From Vicugna vicugna (lineage: Eukaryota): 64,000 nt of DNA. The position numbers and the translations under genes were made by a program. The stretch is taken from positions 62,001 to 126,000 of the forward strand of contig MU057776.1 of the NCBI GenBank assembly GCA_013265495.1, read 5' to 3'. Each line of letters starts with the position of its first letter. Within the stretch, counting starts at the first letter, position 1. The notes beneath the pieces are model-generated. The model saw nothing but the letters and a program-made list of their open reading frames with translations. It was not told the origin of the DNA and ran no database searches. Below are positions 29,250 through 44,062 of this stretch, in pieces.

Positions 29250-30748
29250 GTTCAGTGCTGGGCAAGCTTTGTCTGCTGTGAGGCGCTGCTGGGCTCCCTC
29301 CTGAAAGGGAGGATTTGAACCGGAGGCAGTTTCCCTTCCTCTCGGGCCAGAACCACAGAACCTTGCCCATGTAGAGACGTCACATCTGCGTTTCCACCCT
29401 CCTTCATCCTGGCTGTTCTCAGAGAGTTAGCCCCGGGTCTCCAAGAAGCAGCCACCAGGCAGACAAGCTGGAGGGACCAAGCCCCACAATGGAGAGGGTG
29501 AGGAGGGTGGGCGGAGGCCCGGCCTCACAGGGCTGCCTCCGTGCCACTGCAGGGACTGTGGCCTCCAGGCAGCTCACTGGCCAATGTGCAGGCTAGTGTC
29601 CTCGGAATAGTGCCTGTGCCCTGCTGGGGCGCCCATGGGCTCTCCCTTAGCCTCCAGCAGTGCAGCAGAGGCCCAGATGGGTCTGTTAAAGCCAAGCGCG
29701 GTGGCCAGTGACCGTCCCCTTGGAGCGAACGCTCACCTTGCAGTCCTGGAGCCACATGTGTGCAGAGGCATCGGGTGGGGGTGGTGTGTGGCCCTTCACC
29801 CCTGGGACCGATGTGACCTGATACTTGCTGTGTGGGTGCCGTGTATATGCGTCCACCTGCACGTGAAGTGGGGCAGCCCTCTGAGGGGCCTGACAGGGTG
29901 ACAGTGTGTAGCCCATGGCAGCCAACTGCTTAAACTTGATCAGGGTCCCACGACCTGCCCAGGAGATAGCCTGAGGCAGGAAGGGTTGCTGGTGACCTTC
30001 CCCTGCGTCTGATTTGACTGCATATTCTCTGTCCTCAGCACCTGGGCACAGGCTGGATAATCTCTGCTCCCTTCACCAAACACGGGCACTGGCAGACCAC
30101 CATGCTTGGAGACACGTACCCGGCCATGCACAGGCTGACCCCTGCACCCAGACTCTGTCCAGCATGAGCTGGTACCTTCCTGGGTCAAACCTGGAGCTTA
30201 GTGTTGGAACACTGTCTCCTTCCTGGTCCAAGCACTGGCCTTGTCCCTGGCTCAACCTGGGACTGGCGCCAGCATGGGCCAGTGCCATCTCCACCCTAGG
30301 CCCCTGCCAGCACAACCTCTGCCTTGGGCTGGCTCGAGCAGCACCAAGCAGCCGGGACCCATCTCTGAGGGCACACTGTTGGCTGTCAGAGAAGGGGGGC
30401 TACTCAGGGGGCTCCAATTACATCAGCTAGACAGAGACCCACACCCCCAGCCCAGGCAGGGTGGGCAGGCAAAGGGGGCTCCCTGGGGAGGGAAGGGACC
30501 ATGGGTGGAGTGCTCAAAGCCCTGCACCACCCTGTGGTTAAGGTCCCTGCAATTAGCCTGCCCTGTCATTGGCCTCAGCCCCAGCCACACAGGGTGTGCG
30601 CGTGTGTTTAGCAATGCCCCCTCTGCCAGACTGCTGGGCCTGGGGTGGGGGGTGCACAAGGAAGATGAATTGATATGAGGACATGCACCTCGCACCCAGG
30701 ACACTCAGAAAATGTCCTCACCCCCAAATTTCTCCCTCTCTGCACAGT

Positions 30749-30773
30749 TGTGTGTGTGTGTGTGTGTGTGTGT
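30749..30773. repeat. (TG)12 microsatellite
   Basis: Direct reading. Confidence 0.95.
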
Positions 30774-31341
30774 AGGATATATGCCCTCACGGATGACAGT
30801 GGGACTCTGTCCAGCCCCAATGATCCAGGAAGGAGGGGTCCCACTGCCAGGATGGAGATTTACCAGAATTAAACGGATGCAGGGGTCATGAGGACAGAGT
30901 GACCCAAAGAAGGCCAGCACAGGCCCACCCAGACAGGAACACACAGGACAAGGACAAGTCCCTCGCCAGCCAGGACTCCTGCTTAACATGCACGCACGTG
31001 CACTGACTTGGGGATGGGCACACACATTCTGGAAGACAGGCCACTAAACATTCTGGAAGGCGGCAGGCCCCTAAACCACAGCACTACAGAGATCAAAAGC
31101 TTGAGTTTCCAAACTTCATTCTAAAATACTCAGGCACCTCCACCCAGAAGCCACAGGACCAGCTGAGTAAAGGGAATAGTCAGGGCACGGCCAAGCTGCA
31201 GGACAGGACGTCCCACCATCCATGCTGGGGGCAGTCCAGGGGGATTCGGCTGCGGTGGTCCCTAGGAAGCTCCCTCAGGAAGACACTCCCCCCACCGAGC
31301 CAGGAATGGGTCCCAGAAGGCACTTTCTAGAGCCAGGCACT

Positions 31342-31347
31342 TTTAAT
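31342..31347 (-). terminator. Probable IFITM5 polyadenylation signal
   Basis: tttaat on + is ATTAAA on -, about 245 nt past the stop. Confidence 0.65.
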
Positions 31348-31591
31348 TGTGAAGCCAAAGCTAAGCCTGGTGAGTGCGGAGGGAGGGAACTAGGGAGCAT
31401 CAAGGTCAGAGCAAGACCCCTTGGGTCCAAAAGGAGGGTCTTCAAGGTCAGTGTTAGGTGCCCAGAGTGGGGCTGGTGGTGAGCCTTAAGCCTGTAGGAG
31501 AGCTGGGGTTCCAGGGGATTAGGGTGGAGCGCCTGGGGCAGTGCTCTGGGGCCAGGGTCCCTGGGTCAGGACGGGGACAGGGCCCAGCCTG

Positions 31592-32804
<1,213 letters not shown>

Positions 32805-33846
32805 CTAAATATAACGACAAATGACAGCCCGGAGCCGAGTGGTCATCCCCGCCCGTCCCTGCCCATCTCCACCCGCCCCACCGCCCCGCCTGCGCCAGCC
32901 CCACTGCCTTCACCATCCCGCGGAGAGCCCTCCCGCCCCCGAAGAGAACCCCTGGTCCCCGCAGAAAAACACTACCCTCAGAGAGGCTGGGGGTGCGGTG
33001 CAGAGCCCCAGAGCCCCTCCTGTCAGGGTGGTCCAGCCCAGGGAGCCCCCATCCAAGGCTGCCAAGGCGGGGCAAGCAGGGGCCAGGGAGGCCTGCCAGA
33101 GCCCCCCTTCACGTCCCCATCCACGGCTGCTGGCGGCAGCAGGCAGTGGCGGCAGTCTGCCCACCAGAGCCCCCCACCCCTGCCCCATGGCCAAAAGGAG
33201 GTGGAGGTCACCAGCTTGGGGCCGGGTGGGTGCGACCCTGCCTTGCTCAGGGAAGGGCTGGAGCCCCCAGGCTTGGGCTAGGCGGAGCTCCTCAGGACCA
33301 GGGCTGCTGAACACACTGCCCCTCTATCCCCAGAACTGCCCGCAGCACCTTCTGGTCGCAGTGCCCAGCCCTGGGGATACAAAAGTTGCTGCTGGCATGC
33401 CAGTGGGAGGAGCCGGGCCACAGCCTGGTGGAGAGGGACAGAGCTAGGGAGAAACCAGTAGGGAAGAGAGGAAGCCGGGGTGAAGCCTGTTAAGGGTCAG
33501 TGGGAGGAGCCCCGGCAGACCCCAGTCATGAGCTCTGCAGGGTGTGCCCTGCGCCTGCCCCTCCCTCCAGGGCAGGCAGCTGCCGCTTCTCAGGCTCCTT
33601 GGCTGGTTACCCCCCTCCCCCACCCAGGACTGCTAGGGGGATGAGCGTACAGCTGCGCTCGGGCCTCACCTCCCTCTGGGGGCCCAGCAGCCTCCTGGCT
33701 ATAAATGGGGCTGTGCGCCCATGACTCACATTTATGTCGAAGGGCCAGACTTCACTCCGGAGCCCCAGACTCACACACCCAAGTGGCTGCTCCACGGAAG
33801 GGAGCTCTAACTCCTCAACAGGAGACCTCAGGCCCCCAGACCTCCC

Positions 33847-34145
33847 GTCTTACTCAGCTGGGGAGCTGTAACAGAGTACCACAGGCCAGTGCTCGCAAGT
33901 AATAGGAATTCGTTTCTTAGGCTTCTGGAGGCTGGAGGCTGGAGGTCGGAGGTCACGGTGCCCGCTGGACGGGTTCTGGTGAGGCCTCTTCCTGGTTGCA
34001 GATGGCCGACTTCTCACTGTTCCTCCCTGGGGTCCTGGGATCCACTCTTGTGACCTAATTGCCTTCCAGTGGTCTGCCTGCTGACACCATCTCATTAGGG
34101 TTTTTTTCAACATACAAACTTGGGGGAACACGTCAGCCCACTGCA
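33847..34145 (-). mobile_element. Degraded MLT1-like LTR
   Basis: ttctggaggctggagg...ttctggtgaggcctcttcctggttgcagatggccgacttctcactgt...tcaacatacaaacttgggggaacac. Confidence 0.75.
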
Positions 34146-35044
34146 CATCCTCTGCACAGTCTCTCCCAGCAAAGGTGGTGGTGGATCCACCCATCCAATG
34201 GCTCAGGCCAAAAGCATTAGTTCCCCCTGCCCCTCCCACCACTCACTCTGAATCCATGTGGTCCCACCTTCCAGAGCGCGCAGAGTCTCACCACCCACAC
34301 TGTGACTTCTGAGCCTCAGCCACCCTGGCCGCCTCCTGGATTAGAGCAGCCCCCTGCTGGGCATTCTCAATACTACAGCCAGAGTGATCCCCGTGCAACA
34401 GAAAACAGGTGGTGCCTCCCACCCCTCTAGGGCCCCACCTCAGTCCGGTGACAGCCAAAGTCATCGGGATGGCTAACGAGGGCCTGCAGGGTTGCTCCAG
34501 GCCACGCTCCTGGACTCTGAGAAGGAGACTCGGCAGTAGGACTTTAAGAGGAGGCTCTCCCTGTCAAGTGCTGAGGTGGGGAAGGAACGGGATGGGAGCA
34601 GAAACGCTGAGCTGCACTGAGGCCCAGCAAATGCCTGAGCTGAGCCCTCAGGAGCTCTGGAGCTTGGAGGACCCTCCAGAGACATCTAGAGCAGCGCAAG
34701 TCATCCATGTTGGTCACACATTGCCCCTCAAAGGAGATATGACCTTAAGTGACACCATTTTCTTCAGCAGATCCAGTCCCCAAGACAGCTGCCCACTCTC
34801 CCAGCAGCTGGGAGAGTGAGTCCTTCCTTCCTGAAGGTGGGTGTGAATGCGCAGCCTGCCCCTTAAGCTGCCCCCGTGAGCCTCCTTGAGAAGGTTTGTG
34901 AGCAGCCCCTCGAGGAGGTTCCTCTTCCTAAGTGAGTGGGACGGTCTGGCTTCTGCTACTGCAGCCGGTCCCAGGGCCAAGCTGACTCTCAGCAACTCTC
35001 CTCCAGGGTCCAGTCTGCATACTCCTCACCCTCAGCCACCATCC

Positions 35045-35850
35045 TGTTCCACTGATCTTCATGTCCGTTTTTGTGTCGATACCATACTGTTTTGATCACT
35101 GTGGCTTTGTACTATAGTCTGAAGTCAGGGAGCCTGAGTCCCCAGCTCCATTCTTCTTTGTCAAGAGTGTTTTGGCTTTATGGGGTCTTTTGTGATTTCC
35201 ATACAAATTTAACAATTTTTTGTTCTAGTTCTGCACGAAATGTCACGGCAATTTGATAGGAATTACGTTGAAACTGTATACTGCCTTGGGTAGTATGGCC
35301 ATTTTAACAGTATTGATTATTCCAGTCCAAGAACACAGTATATCCTGCAGTCTGTTTGTCACATCTTCAGTTTCTTTCATCAGTGTCTTAGTTTTCAGAG
35401 TACAGGTCATTTGCCTCCTTAGGTAGGTTTATTCCTGGGTGTTTTTTGAAGTCATTACTTTACCTTTGGTCCCAGTGCACATGAGATTTTGTGTATGACC
35501 TTTCAAAGTGAAGTCTCTGTTTCCCCAGACCTGTGGAGCTACTGCAGTTAAGTCCCAGTGGCCATCACAGTCAGATGCTCTGGGGGCTCCTCTTCCTGGT
35601 GACCAGCCCCTGGGCTGGAGAGCCTGTGTGGGGCTCAGAACCCTCACTCTTGTGGAAGAACCACCACAATATACTTATTCTCCAGCAGCGGGTCACCCAC
35701 CCAGGAGGTATGGGGTTTGATTACATTACAAGTGCGCCCCCCTCCACTCTCCCATTTCGGTTCTTTCTTTATGTCTTTAGATGTAGAAGCTCTTTGTTTT
35801 TGGTAGGTTCTACTCTTTTATCAATTGTTGTTCAGCAGTTAGTTGATGGA
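35045..35850 (-). mobile_element. Antisense L1: ORF2 piece (about 35045-35445) fused directly to a 5' UTR piece (about 35450-35850)
   Basis: Left part is the reverse complement of ORF2 text at 41840-42240. Right part aligns with the L1 5' segment at 41300-41700. Confidence 0.75.
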
Positions 35851-36935
35851 ACTTTTTATAAGGAGTCTCAGATTGAACTTTAAAAGGCCTCCCAAGGCCA
35901 GGAAAGTCACACCAAGGACTTGCCATCAGATTCTGCCTGCAATCCCTACAGATTTGGGTGGATTCCACTCTTCTCAAAGTCCCCAAAATATATTGAGATT
36001 TCTGCACCTGCCAGGAGGTGACCTTCCTTATTCACCTGGTAAAGCTGCTTGGAACCCAGTAAACAAGGTATCAGGTTGTTTTTCCAAGAAGCTTCAGGCT
36101 CCATAATGTTCACCTTTGTTCTTTAAAGCTGTCTGGTCATACCTGATTTTATGCATATTCTCAAATATGACATTTCAAAGCCAGGTTAATATAACTTATG
36201 CTTCCAATTGTGTCTTGTTATAGGGAGAAGAGATTCTCATTGAACTTCCAAAAATAACTATATTGCCAGGAAGGTAAGAACACTCACTAGGAGTTTCCAA
36301 ACTCTGGAGGGATCAGGTGGAGAGAAAAGATAAATGACTCAATTCTGCTTGCAAAGGTATAATTTATCAAATTGCTGTAAGTCATGGTAACCTTAAGGAG
36401 AAAGTCTTCCTTAGATCTGAAAAACAAACATTAAAAACCAATATTTCAGACAAAAAGTCGTAACAGTTGCCCTTCATCCCTGTGTACTAATTCTTCTGGA
36501 TCTTGACCTTCTGTTACCAGGTTTATGTAGCCATCAGGTTCCCCATCAAAATTCTGTCATGTCTTCCCCAGTTCAGTGGCAGTTGTCTGAAAGTGATCAG
36601 AAATGTTTCACCTTGGTATTTTGTCCTTTGCTTTCCCTTTCTATTTTAACTTCTTTTTAGAACAAAATTACTTTTTCCTTTGACAAAATGCATTTCCATT
36701 CTTTATACCTTCTTTTTCCTTGCATGCAAAGATGTCTTCCTCATTAATTTTAGTAGTTTTAATTACCTATTTTAATTACAATCCTTAACCTTTAAAAAAA
36801 AACCCTTAATTTCTAGTGAAAATCAAGAAGTAAGCAATTATGAACTCTTTTACATTAGCACTCTGTAGATCAGCAAACTTACTATTTATAATTTCAAAAG
36901 ACATGTGCTTTCTTATAGAATATGCCTCAGTGTGG

Positions 36936-37577
36936 TGATGCAGGAAAACGGATGTGGGGCGTGAGGAGGGCCAAGTCCCAGGTCTCAGCTGAGCCCCTGG
37001 TATGTGCCCCACCAAGTGTGGGTCCTTGGCTTCACACAGGAAAGGATTCGAGTGTGAGCCACCATTGAGTAAAGGTAGATTTATTTAGAGAGACACACAC
37101 TGCATAGAGTGTAAGGCAAGAGAAAGGGAAGGAAAGAGGTGTGGGAATTGGGTGCTCAGGTTAAAGTAAAAGTAGGTGCACACTCCGTAGACAGAGTGCT
37201 GGCATCTCCGAAGGGGAGAGAGAGCACTAGGTGCCACTAGGCGTGGTGGTGTCACTTTTTATGGGCTCAGTAGCTTCACACGCCCACAGGTGGGATCAAC
37301 CCAACTGCCCAGGGGAAAGGGCTGGGGTTCCCAGGGACTGGGCCACTGCCCATGCTTTGGCCTTTTGCGGTTGGTTAGCCTTGGGGCTGTCATGGCGCCT
37401 GCGGGCATGTTATTCGATCACGCTGTTACAATGAGTGTATAATGAAGCTCAAGGTCTACTAGAAGTTAAACCTCTTAATCCTCAAGGCCAAGGAGGAGGT
37501 GAATCCCCTACCATTTTGGTGTTAAATTGCTGTCATTCCTTGAGTGGCTGTGCCCTGCCCCCTTCCATCCTGTCTCA
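36936..37577 (-). mobile_element. ERV1-class solo LTR (family A), 642 bp, perfect 4-bp TSD
   Basis: On the minus strand TGAGACAGG...CTGCATCA; GTGG at 36932-36935 and 37578-37581; CATAAAAA at 37256-37263 and AATAAA near 37080. Confidence 0.92.
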
Positions 37578-37881
37578 GTGGCACCAAATATACTTACTAA
37601 TATCTTTCATAATAACTTTCTGTAGTTAATCTTCCAGTATTTTATTTGGAAATGACCTAGACATTCAATAAATTTTCATCATTTAACTTAAGTTAAGAAG
37701 ATTCTTAAGTTTCAAGTTACCAAAAATCTGGAGAAATTACTTTTAACTAGACATATCATAAAACAATTATTCTTAAAATGTTCACCTGAAGGCTTACTCC
37801 ATTTCTATCTCTTTAATTCACTTATTACCAATAATTATGTTTAGATTATCCATGAAAACTTCATGAGACACTAGACCAAGA

Positions 37882-38500
37882 TGATGTAGGAAAATGGATG
37901 TGGGGTGTAAGAAGGGCTGTGTCCCAGGCTTCGGTTGGGCCCCCGGGACGTGCCCCGCCAAGTGTGGGTCCTTGGCCTCGCGCAGGAAAGAATTCAAGAG
38001 GGAGCCACGGTTGAGTAAGGGTAGATTTATTCACAGAGATACCATGAAAGGCAAGGGACAGGCCAGGAGGTGTGGGGGTTGGGTGCTCAGATTACTAGTA
38101 GGTGCACACTCCACAGACAGGGTGCGGGCCGTCTCTGAAGAGGGGGGCGGCGGCCATAAGGCACCGTGCTGCTAGTTTTTATGGGCTTGGTGGCTAATGC
38201 TAATAAGTGGAAGGACCAGTGCAAGTAGCCTGAGGAAGGGGCTGGGATTCCCAGGAAGTTGGCCATTTCCCACTCTTGACCTTTTGTGGCTGACCTCCGG
38301 ACTGCCATGGCACCTGTGGGCATGTTATTCCCCATGTTAATATATTACAATGGGCGTATAATGACGCTCTAGATCTGCTAGAAGTTAAATCTCCCACCAT
38401 CCTGAGCCTCAAGGCCTGCTGGGGGTTGAACCTTTCCCCATTTTGGTGTTAATTGCTGTGGCATTCCCTGAATGGCTGTGCCCTATTCCCTCCTGTCTCA
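37882..38500 (-). mobile_element. ERV1-class solo LTR (family A), second copy
   Basis: Colinear with 36936-37577 with the same termini (tgatgtagg...tgtctca). No intact TSD. Confidence 0.88.
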
Positions 38501-39309
38501 GTCGGCCATCATCCCAAACTACTTTTCTTGCTGACAAATTTTGTAACAGAGATAACATAAACTTACTTGACTTTTAGTAAACTTGGGTACAATAACAGTA
38601 TTATATTTAATGTTGGTAACTCTAAAGACATGTCTGTATTAATTAAACCAAACTTAAACTAACTTTAAAACTGAATATTAATCTAATACTGGATATTTCC
38701 TGGATCTCATAAACCTGAAATTTATCTGGGTTAGTTTCTATCCTATTTCTGAGAATTAACATAAGCACTTAACTTTTTGTGAACAAAGTAAATAGAGCTA
38801 ATTTTACAATTACTTTTAGCAATACCATCTGGACATAGAAACATATTTGTAATGTACATACCTTCACATAGACTCATAGTTTTCATTTTAAAATTTAGTG
38901 ATGAATTAAGTATTAAATATAAAAAAATATAATTTATAAAAATATAAAATTAAAAAATAATAGTTGGAAAAAACTAAGTCTATTTGCTTGAGTTTCTAAA
39001 AAGGCCTCTTCCCTCTTTTTCCTTTAGTCTCAGGAACTGAAGATGGTCTAGACAAGAGTTGTCTGACCTGTCAGAGCACCTACATCCAAAGGCCCGGGGA
39101 GAGAAACGCAAGCTTCTTCTAGAAGGAATTTTGTTCCCTTAGGGTCAGAACTGTGAAAGATGTTCTGTCAAGCCAGCTTTCTCTAACTGCTTACACAACA
39201 AACAGTTTTGGAATGTCAAAAAAGCCCCACTGTGGCCATTTCAGGGTGAGGATTTTGTATTTCCCAATTAAGTAAGTACTTCACGTATAGTCCCATACGT
39301 ACATAAACC

Positions 39310-39909
39310 TGTTACCGGGAAAAGGGCCGTAAAAATTACCTCGGTTCTTAGTCACCCAAAAAAAACAGAATTTTTAATGAGAGGCAGAAAGCGTGATATG
39401 AGCAAGATTTTTACTAGTAAAGTAAAGAAGTAGCAAAGACAGCGCCCTCCTGAGAACTGGGAGCGGGCCAGCCCACGACCGGGAAAGTGGGGCCTCTCCT
39501 TTGATTTCCTATCTTCTACCCTGGCTTAGGGGCGTTTCTTGTGATTGATTGACGGATCAGCAGCTCAGGTTCTTTGAGTGATCGAGCTGATTGACAGCTC
39601 AGGTTCCTTGTGCTCTGGCACACCCATCCCCTTTGGGGCAGGTTCTTCACCAGAGAAACCTATGGGAGGGGGCTCAAACTGTAATGTTAATTTCATTTTA
39701 ATGAGCATTGGATCAAGTTACGCCAGGTCCTCCTCCCGCACACCTGCAGTGTTTTGATTTTAGCTGGCTGCTTTTGCTGGCCCTCCTTCAGAGAAAGTAA
39801 GTTTCTGGAGTCCCTAATCCTGAGTGCAGATGTACTGTTGTTTTCTGGGTTATTCCCTTCCCCTTCCACTCCCCCTGCCCAGTGCTCGTCTCTATCTAAC
39901 TGCCTAACA
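39310..39909 (-). mobile_element. Solo LTR of another family
   Basis: TGTTA...TAACA termini with flanks aacc/agcc (4-bp TSD, 1 mismatch). Strand inferred. Confidence 0.7.
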
Positions 39910-40091
39910 AGCCCAGCTGGCATGTTAGTTGGAGATGATTTGGCACCTCTTTTTCTTCTGTTCTGAAGGCTTTGTTTCCCCTTTCAGGGTCATCTGAGGT
40001 AAAATTACTACCAAAAACTGTGTGGGAAAAGGCTCTTGTCGTGAGTGGCACACGTACGGCAGCTTGATTGCTCTGCATGTGGAATTGACAT

Positions 40092-40558
40092 TGTCGGCTG
40101 AAATAAACGCACCACCTAAAAGCTGAGAGTTATGCTTTATCCGGTGGACAATTCTGAAGACTCAGCCCAGGGTGACAGCCGCTCAGATGGCTCCGAGGGA
40201 CGGCTCCAAAGAGGCAGGGGAGGAGCTTTACAACAAGGACCAGGCAGTCAGATCATTAAAAGACTACTTGTTAACTGAAGACCAGACATCTCAAGTTAAA
40301 GAATTTAGTGGTTTTCTCCGTATGGGAAGAAGCAAGTATTTGGGCTCACTGAATTCATTCCTTCGACAAGCACCTGGCTGCCTAGGGCCAGTGTCCTGTC
40401 CTTGCTTGTTCTGAGTCTCCTCTGAGTGCACCACTGTGAGCGGCTGCAGAGGCCAGGCTGCAGGCTGGTCTTCACTGGGGGGTGGGGCAGCCACTGATGA
40501 CATGATGGCTTCAGCATTCCTTGTTTACTGATGTGGTTTGCAGTACTTTTTGTTCACA
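40092..40558 (-). mobile_element. MER41-like LTR (family B)
   Basis: tgtcggctgaaataaacgcaccacctaaaagctgagagttatgctttat is the reverse complement of the LTR end seen near 44010-44062 and 59140-59184. Confidence 0.7.
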
Positions 40559-40674
40559 TCAAGAGATTTCCGAAGCAAAAGTCTTTGGTATTTGGGCAGC
40601 TGGTGACCGTTGGTCCTGGAGCCCCTATTTGGAAGTCTGAAATAAAAGGGCAGTGTTTCAGTTAAAAAGAAAGC

Positions 40675-41755
40675 TTGTGGAGGGCTGGTGTGCTGTCTGT
40701 GAGCTTGATTCCTGTAGGTGTCACTCCAGGGTCCTTTAGCTCCATTTTATGTATCTTGGCTGCTCTCTCTGGTCGTCTAAAACCAGAGCTCTGGATAGTC
40801 AGTCCTTCTGTGTGCATCTTCGGTCTGGCTGTGTTCGTGGGTTCCTTCCACAGGCTTTGGGATTGTTGTTTTCTTATTCCTGGTATCTGCCCCCTGGTGG
40901 ATGGGGCTGGACTAGAGGCTTGTGCAGGTTTCCTGGCAAGAGGGGCTGGTGCCTGCCCACGGCCAGGTGGAGCTTGGTCCAGGACCTCTGGTGGGTAGGG
41001 CCGTGTCTAGAGGCCTTTGTGGCTCAGGAAGTCTGCTGACGGGTGGGGCTGTGTTCTCACCCACTATGTTGTTTGGCCTGAGGCTTCCCAGCCCTTAAGC
41101 CCACAGACTGTTGGGTGGGGCTCGGTCTTGGTGGTAATGATCCAATCAAGATGTCAGCCTCCAGTCCAGGAAAGCTTATGTAGATGAACCCTCCTGGAAT
41201 GTCCACCACCAGCCTCTATGTCCCCTGAGTGAGCGCAGCCATCCCCTCCGTCCCCAGAGGATCTTCCAAAACCAGCAGGTGGGCCTGTCCCAGGTTCCCA
41301 TGAAATCGCTGCCTCTGCCCTTGGGCGTCGCACACTCAGGGTTCTGTGCACACTTCCCAAGAGAATGAAGTTGCTGTTTCCCCACTCCCGTGGGGCTCCT
41401 GGAGTTAAGTCCTGCCGGCCTTCAAAACCAGCTGTCCTGGGGTCTCCTCTTCCTCCCAATGCCAGAACCCCGGGCTGGGGAGACTGGTGTGGGGCTCAGA
41501 ACTCACTCCTGTGGGAGCACCTCTGTGACTTACTTATTCTTCAGCTTGTGAGTCACCCACCCTGGGACTCAAGCACGCCCCTCCTACCATCCTGCTGTGG
41601 TTCCTTCTTTATGTTTCTAGTTGAAGAAGATCTTTATTGCTAGGTTCCAGTTCTTTTTTCTTTCTCTTGATGGTTGTTTAGCAGTCAGTTGTGGTTTTGT
41701 TTAGTCGTGATAAGAGGCAAGCTGGTGGTCCTAATATTCTGCCATCTTGATTGGA
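40675..41755 (-). mobile_element. Antisense L1 5' UTR region
   Basis: Ends in ttctgccatcttg (CAAGATGGC on the minus strand, typical of L1 5' ends); homologous to 35450-35850. Confidence 0.65.
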
Positions 41756-41756
41756 A

Positions 41757-43680
41757 ATTGCATTTCTTTATACAATCAATGAAATATCAGAAAAGGAAAG
41801 TAAAGACACAATCCCTTATTTGAAAGTGCATCCAAAACAATAAAATACTTAGGAATAAATCTGACCAAGGAAGTAAAGACTTACACACAGAGAACTACAA
41901 AACATTGACTAAGAAAATTAAATATGACGTAAAGAAGTGGAAAGATATCCCATGTTCTTGGGTTGGAAGAATTAGTATTGTTTAAAATGGCAAAACAACC
42001 CAAAGCAATCTACAGATGTAATGTGATCCCTATCAAATTATTCAGGACATTTTTCACAGAACCAGAACAAATAATCCTAAAATTTATATGAAATCACTAA
42101 AGACCCAGAATTGTCAAAGTAATATTGAAGAGAAAGAACAAAGCTGGAGGAATAATCCTCCCAGACTTCAGACAATACTACAGAGCTACAGTAATCAAAA
42201 GAGTGTGGTATTGGCACAAAAACAGACACACAGATCAATGGAACAGATCAGAGAGCCCAGAGACAAACCCTCACGCCCACAGTCAACTAATCTTTGACAA
42301 AGAAGACAAGAAGATACAGTGCAGAAAAGACAGTCTCTTCAGCAAATGGCGTTGGGAAAGCTGGACAGCCACTTGTAAATCAATGAAGTGAGAACGCTCC
42401 CTCACGCCATACACAAAAATAAACTCAAAATGGCTTGAAGACTTAAACGTAAGACAAGACACTGTAAACCTCCCAGAAGAAAGCACAGCAAAACATTCTC
42501 TGACACAGATCTCAGCAGTGTTCTCCTCGGGCCATCTACCCAGGCAATAGAAATAAAAGCAAGAATAAACAGATAGGACCCAATTAAGCTTATAAGCTTT
42601 TGCACAGCAAAGGAAACTAAAAACAAAACGAAAAGACAGCCTACGGAATGGGAGAACGTATTTTCGTACGACGCAACTGACAAGGGCTCAATTTCCAGAA
42701 CATACAAACAGATCATACAACTTAATAACCAAAAAACAAACAAGCCAATCCAAAAATGGGCAGAAGACCTAAACAAGCAATTCCCCAGTGAAGACATACA
42801 AATGGCCAACAGGCTCATGAAAAAATGCTCAGTGTTGCTAATCATTAGAGTAATGCAAATCCAAACTACAATGCGGTACCACCTCACACCAGTCAGGATG
42901 CCCATCATTCCAAAGCCCGTGAATGATAAATGCTGGAGAGGCCGTGAGAAAAGGGAACCTGCTGCACTGTTGTGGGAATGCAGTTTGGTGCGGCTGTTAT
43001 GGAAAACAGTGTGGAGATTCCTCAACAGACTGAAAATAGACTTACCCTATGACCCAGCAATCCCACTCCTGGGCATATATCCAGAGGGAACCATAATTCA
43101 AAAAGACACGTGCACCCCAATATTCACAGCAGCACTATTTACCATAGCCAAGACATGGAAACAGCCTAAATGTCCATCGACAGATGACTGGATAAAGAAG
43201 ATGTGAATATCTTTATGCAATGGAATACTACTCAGCCATAAAAACGAATGAAAGAGTGCCATCTGCAGCAACAAGGATGGACCTGGAGATCGTCATTCTA
43301 AGAGAAGTAAGCCAGAAAGAGAAAGAAAAATACCATATGATATCACTTATATGTGGAATCTTTAAAAAGAAAAAAAGGCAAATGAACTTATTTGCAAAAC
43401 AGAAACAGACTCACAGACACAGAAAGCAAACTTGTGGTTATGGGGGGAGGGGGAGTTAGAGATTTGCAAAGACTAACTGATATATGTAGAATAGATTAAC
43501 AACAAGATCACCCTGTACAGCACAGGGAACCATATTCAATATCTTGTAGTAACTCATGGTGGAAAAGAATATGAAAATGAATGTACGTGTGTTCATGTGT
43601 GGCTGAAGCACTGTGCTGGACACCAGAAATTGACACAACATTGTAAACTGATTGTACTTCAATAGTAATAATAAAGAAAG
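41757..43680 (+). mobile_element. L1 3' ~1.9 kb (frameshifted ORF2 plus 3' UTR and A-rich tail)
   Basis: ORF2 peptides [59 protein letters not shown]. Confidence 0.95.
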
Positions 43681-43699
43681 ACAGCATGCCCTGCAGCGC

Positions 43700-44062
43700 T
43701 CCTGGCGGAGCCCCTGAGGGTCTCAGGGCGGAGGAGAGCAGGACAGTGGCCCTAGGTAGTTAAGGTGCAGAGCAAAGGAAGGATTTCAGTGAGCCAGACT
43801 CGTGCATGTCTCACACGTAGGAAAGTTCTAAATTCATTAACTTGAGGTACCTTGTTTTTCTTTAATTAACAGCAATCTTTAAATATTCCACCTACTTAGT
43901 TTTTGTTGGAAAAACTCTTATATATCCTGGCTCCTCCCCTAACTCTTCAGAACAGCCAGTCAGAGCTATCTAAGAGGCTGTCTCCCAAGGTTAAGTCCTC
44001 AGAAAATCCACAGAATAAAAATAATTCTCAACTTTTAGGTTGTGCATTTCTTTCAGTGGACA
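43700..44062 (+). mobile_element. MER41-like LTR (family B), 3' part
   Basis: ccctgagggtctcagggcgg...cagaataaaaataattctcaacttttaggttgtgcatttctttcagtggaca; colinear with 58840-59184. Confidence 0.75.

Larger units (their letters stand above)
35850..40670 (-). mobile_element. Degraded ERV1 (MER4-group-like) internal sequence hosting four solo LTRs
   Basis: AT-rich non-coding text resembling MER4-group internal regions (gtctcagattgaacttttaaaaggcctc, gtgaccttccttattcacctggtaa). Family, strand and limits are approximate. Confidence 0.55.

Noticed and set aside
36936..38500. Two same-orientation LTRs as the ends of one provirus
   Set aside because: The first has its own perfect TSD, only about 300 bp of host ERV sequence separates them, and they are diverged: independent solo LTRs.
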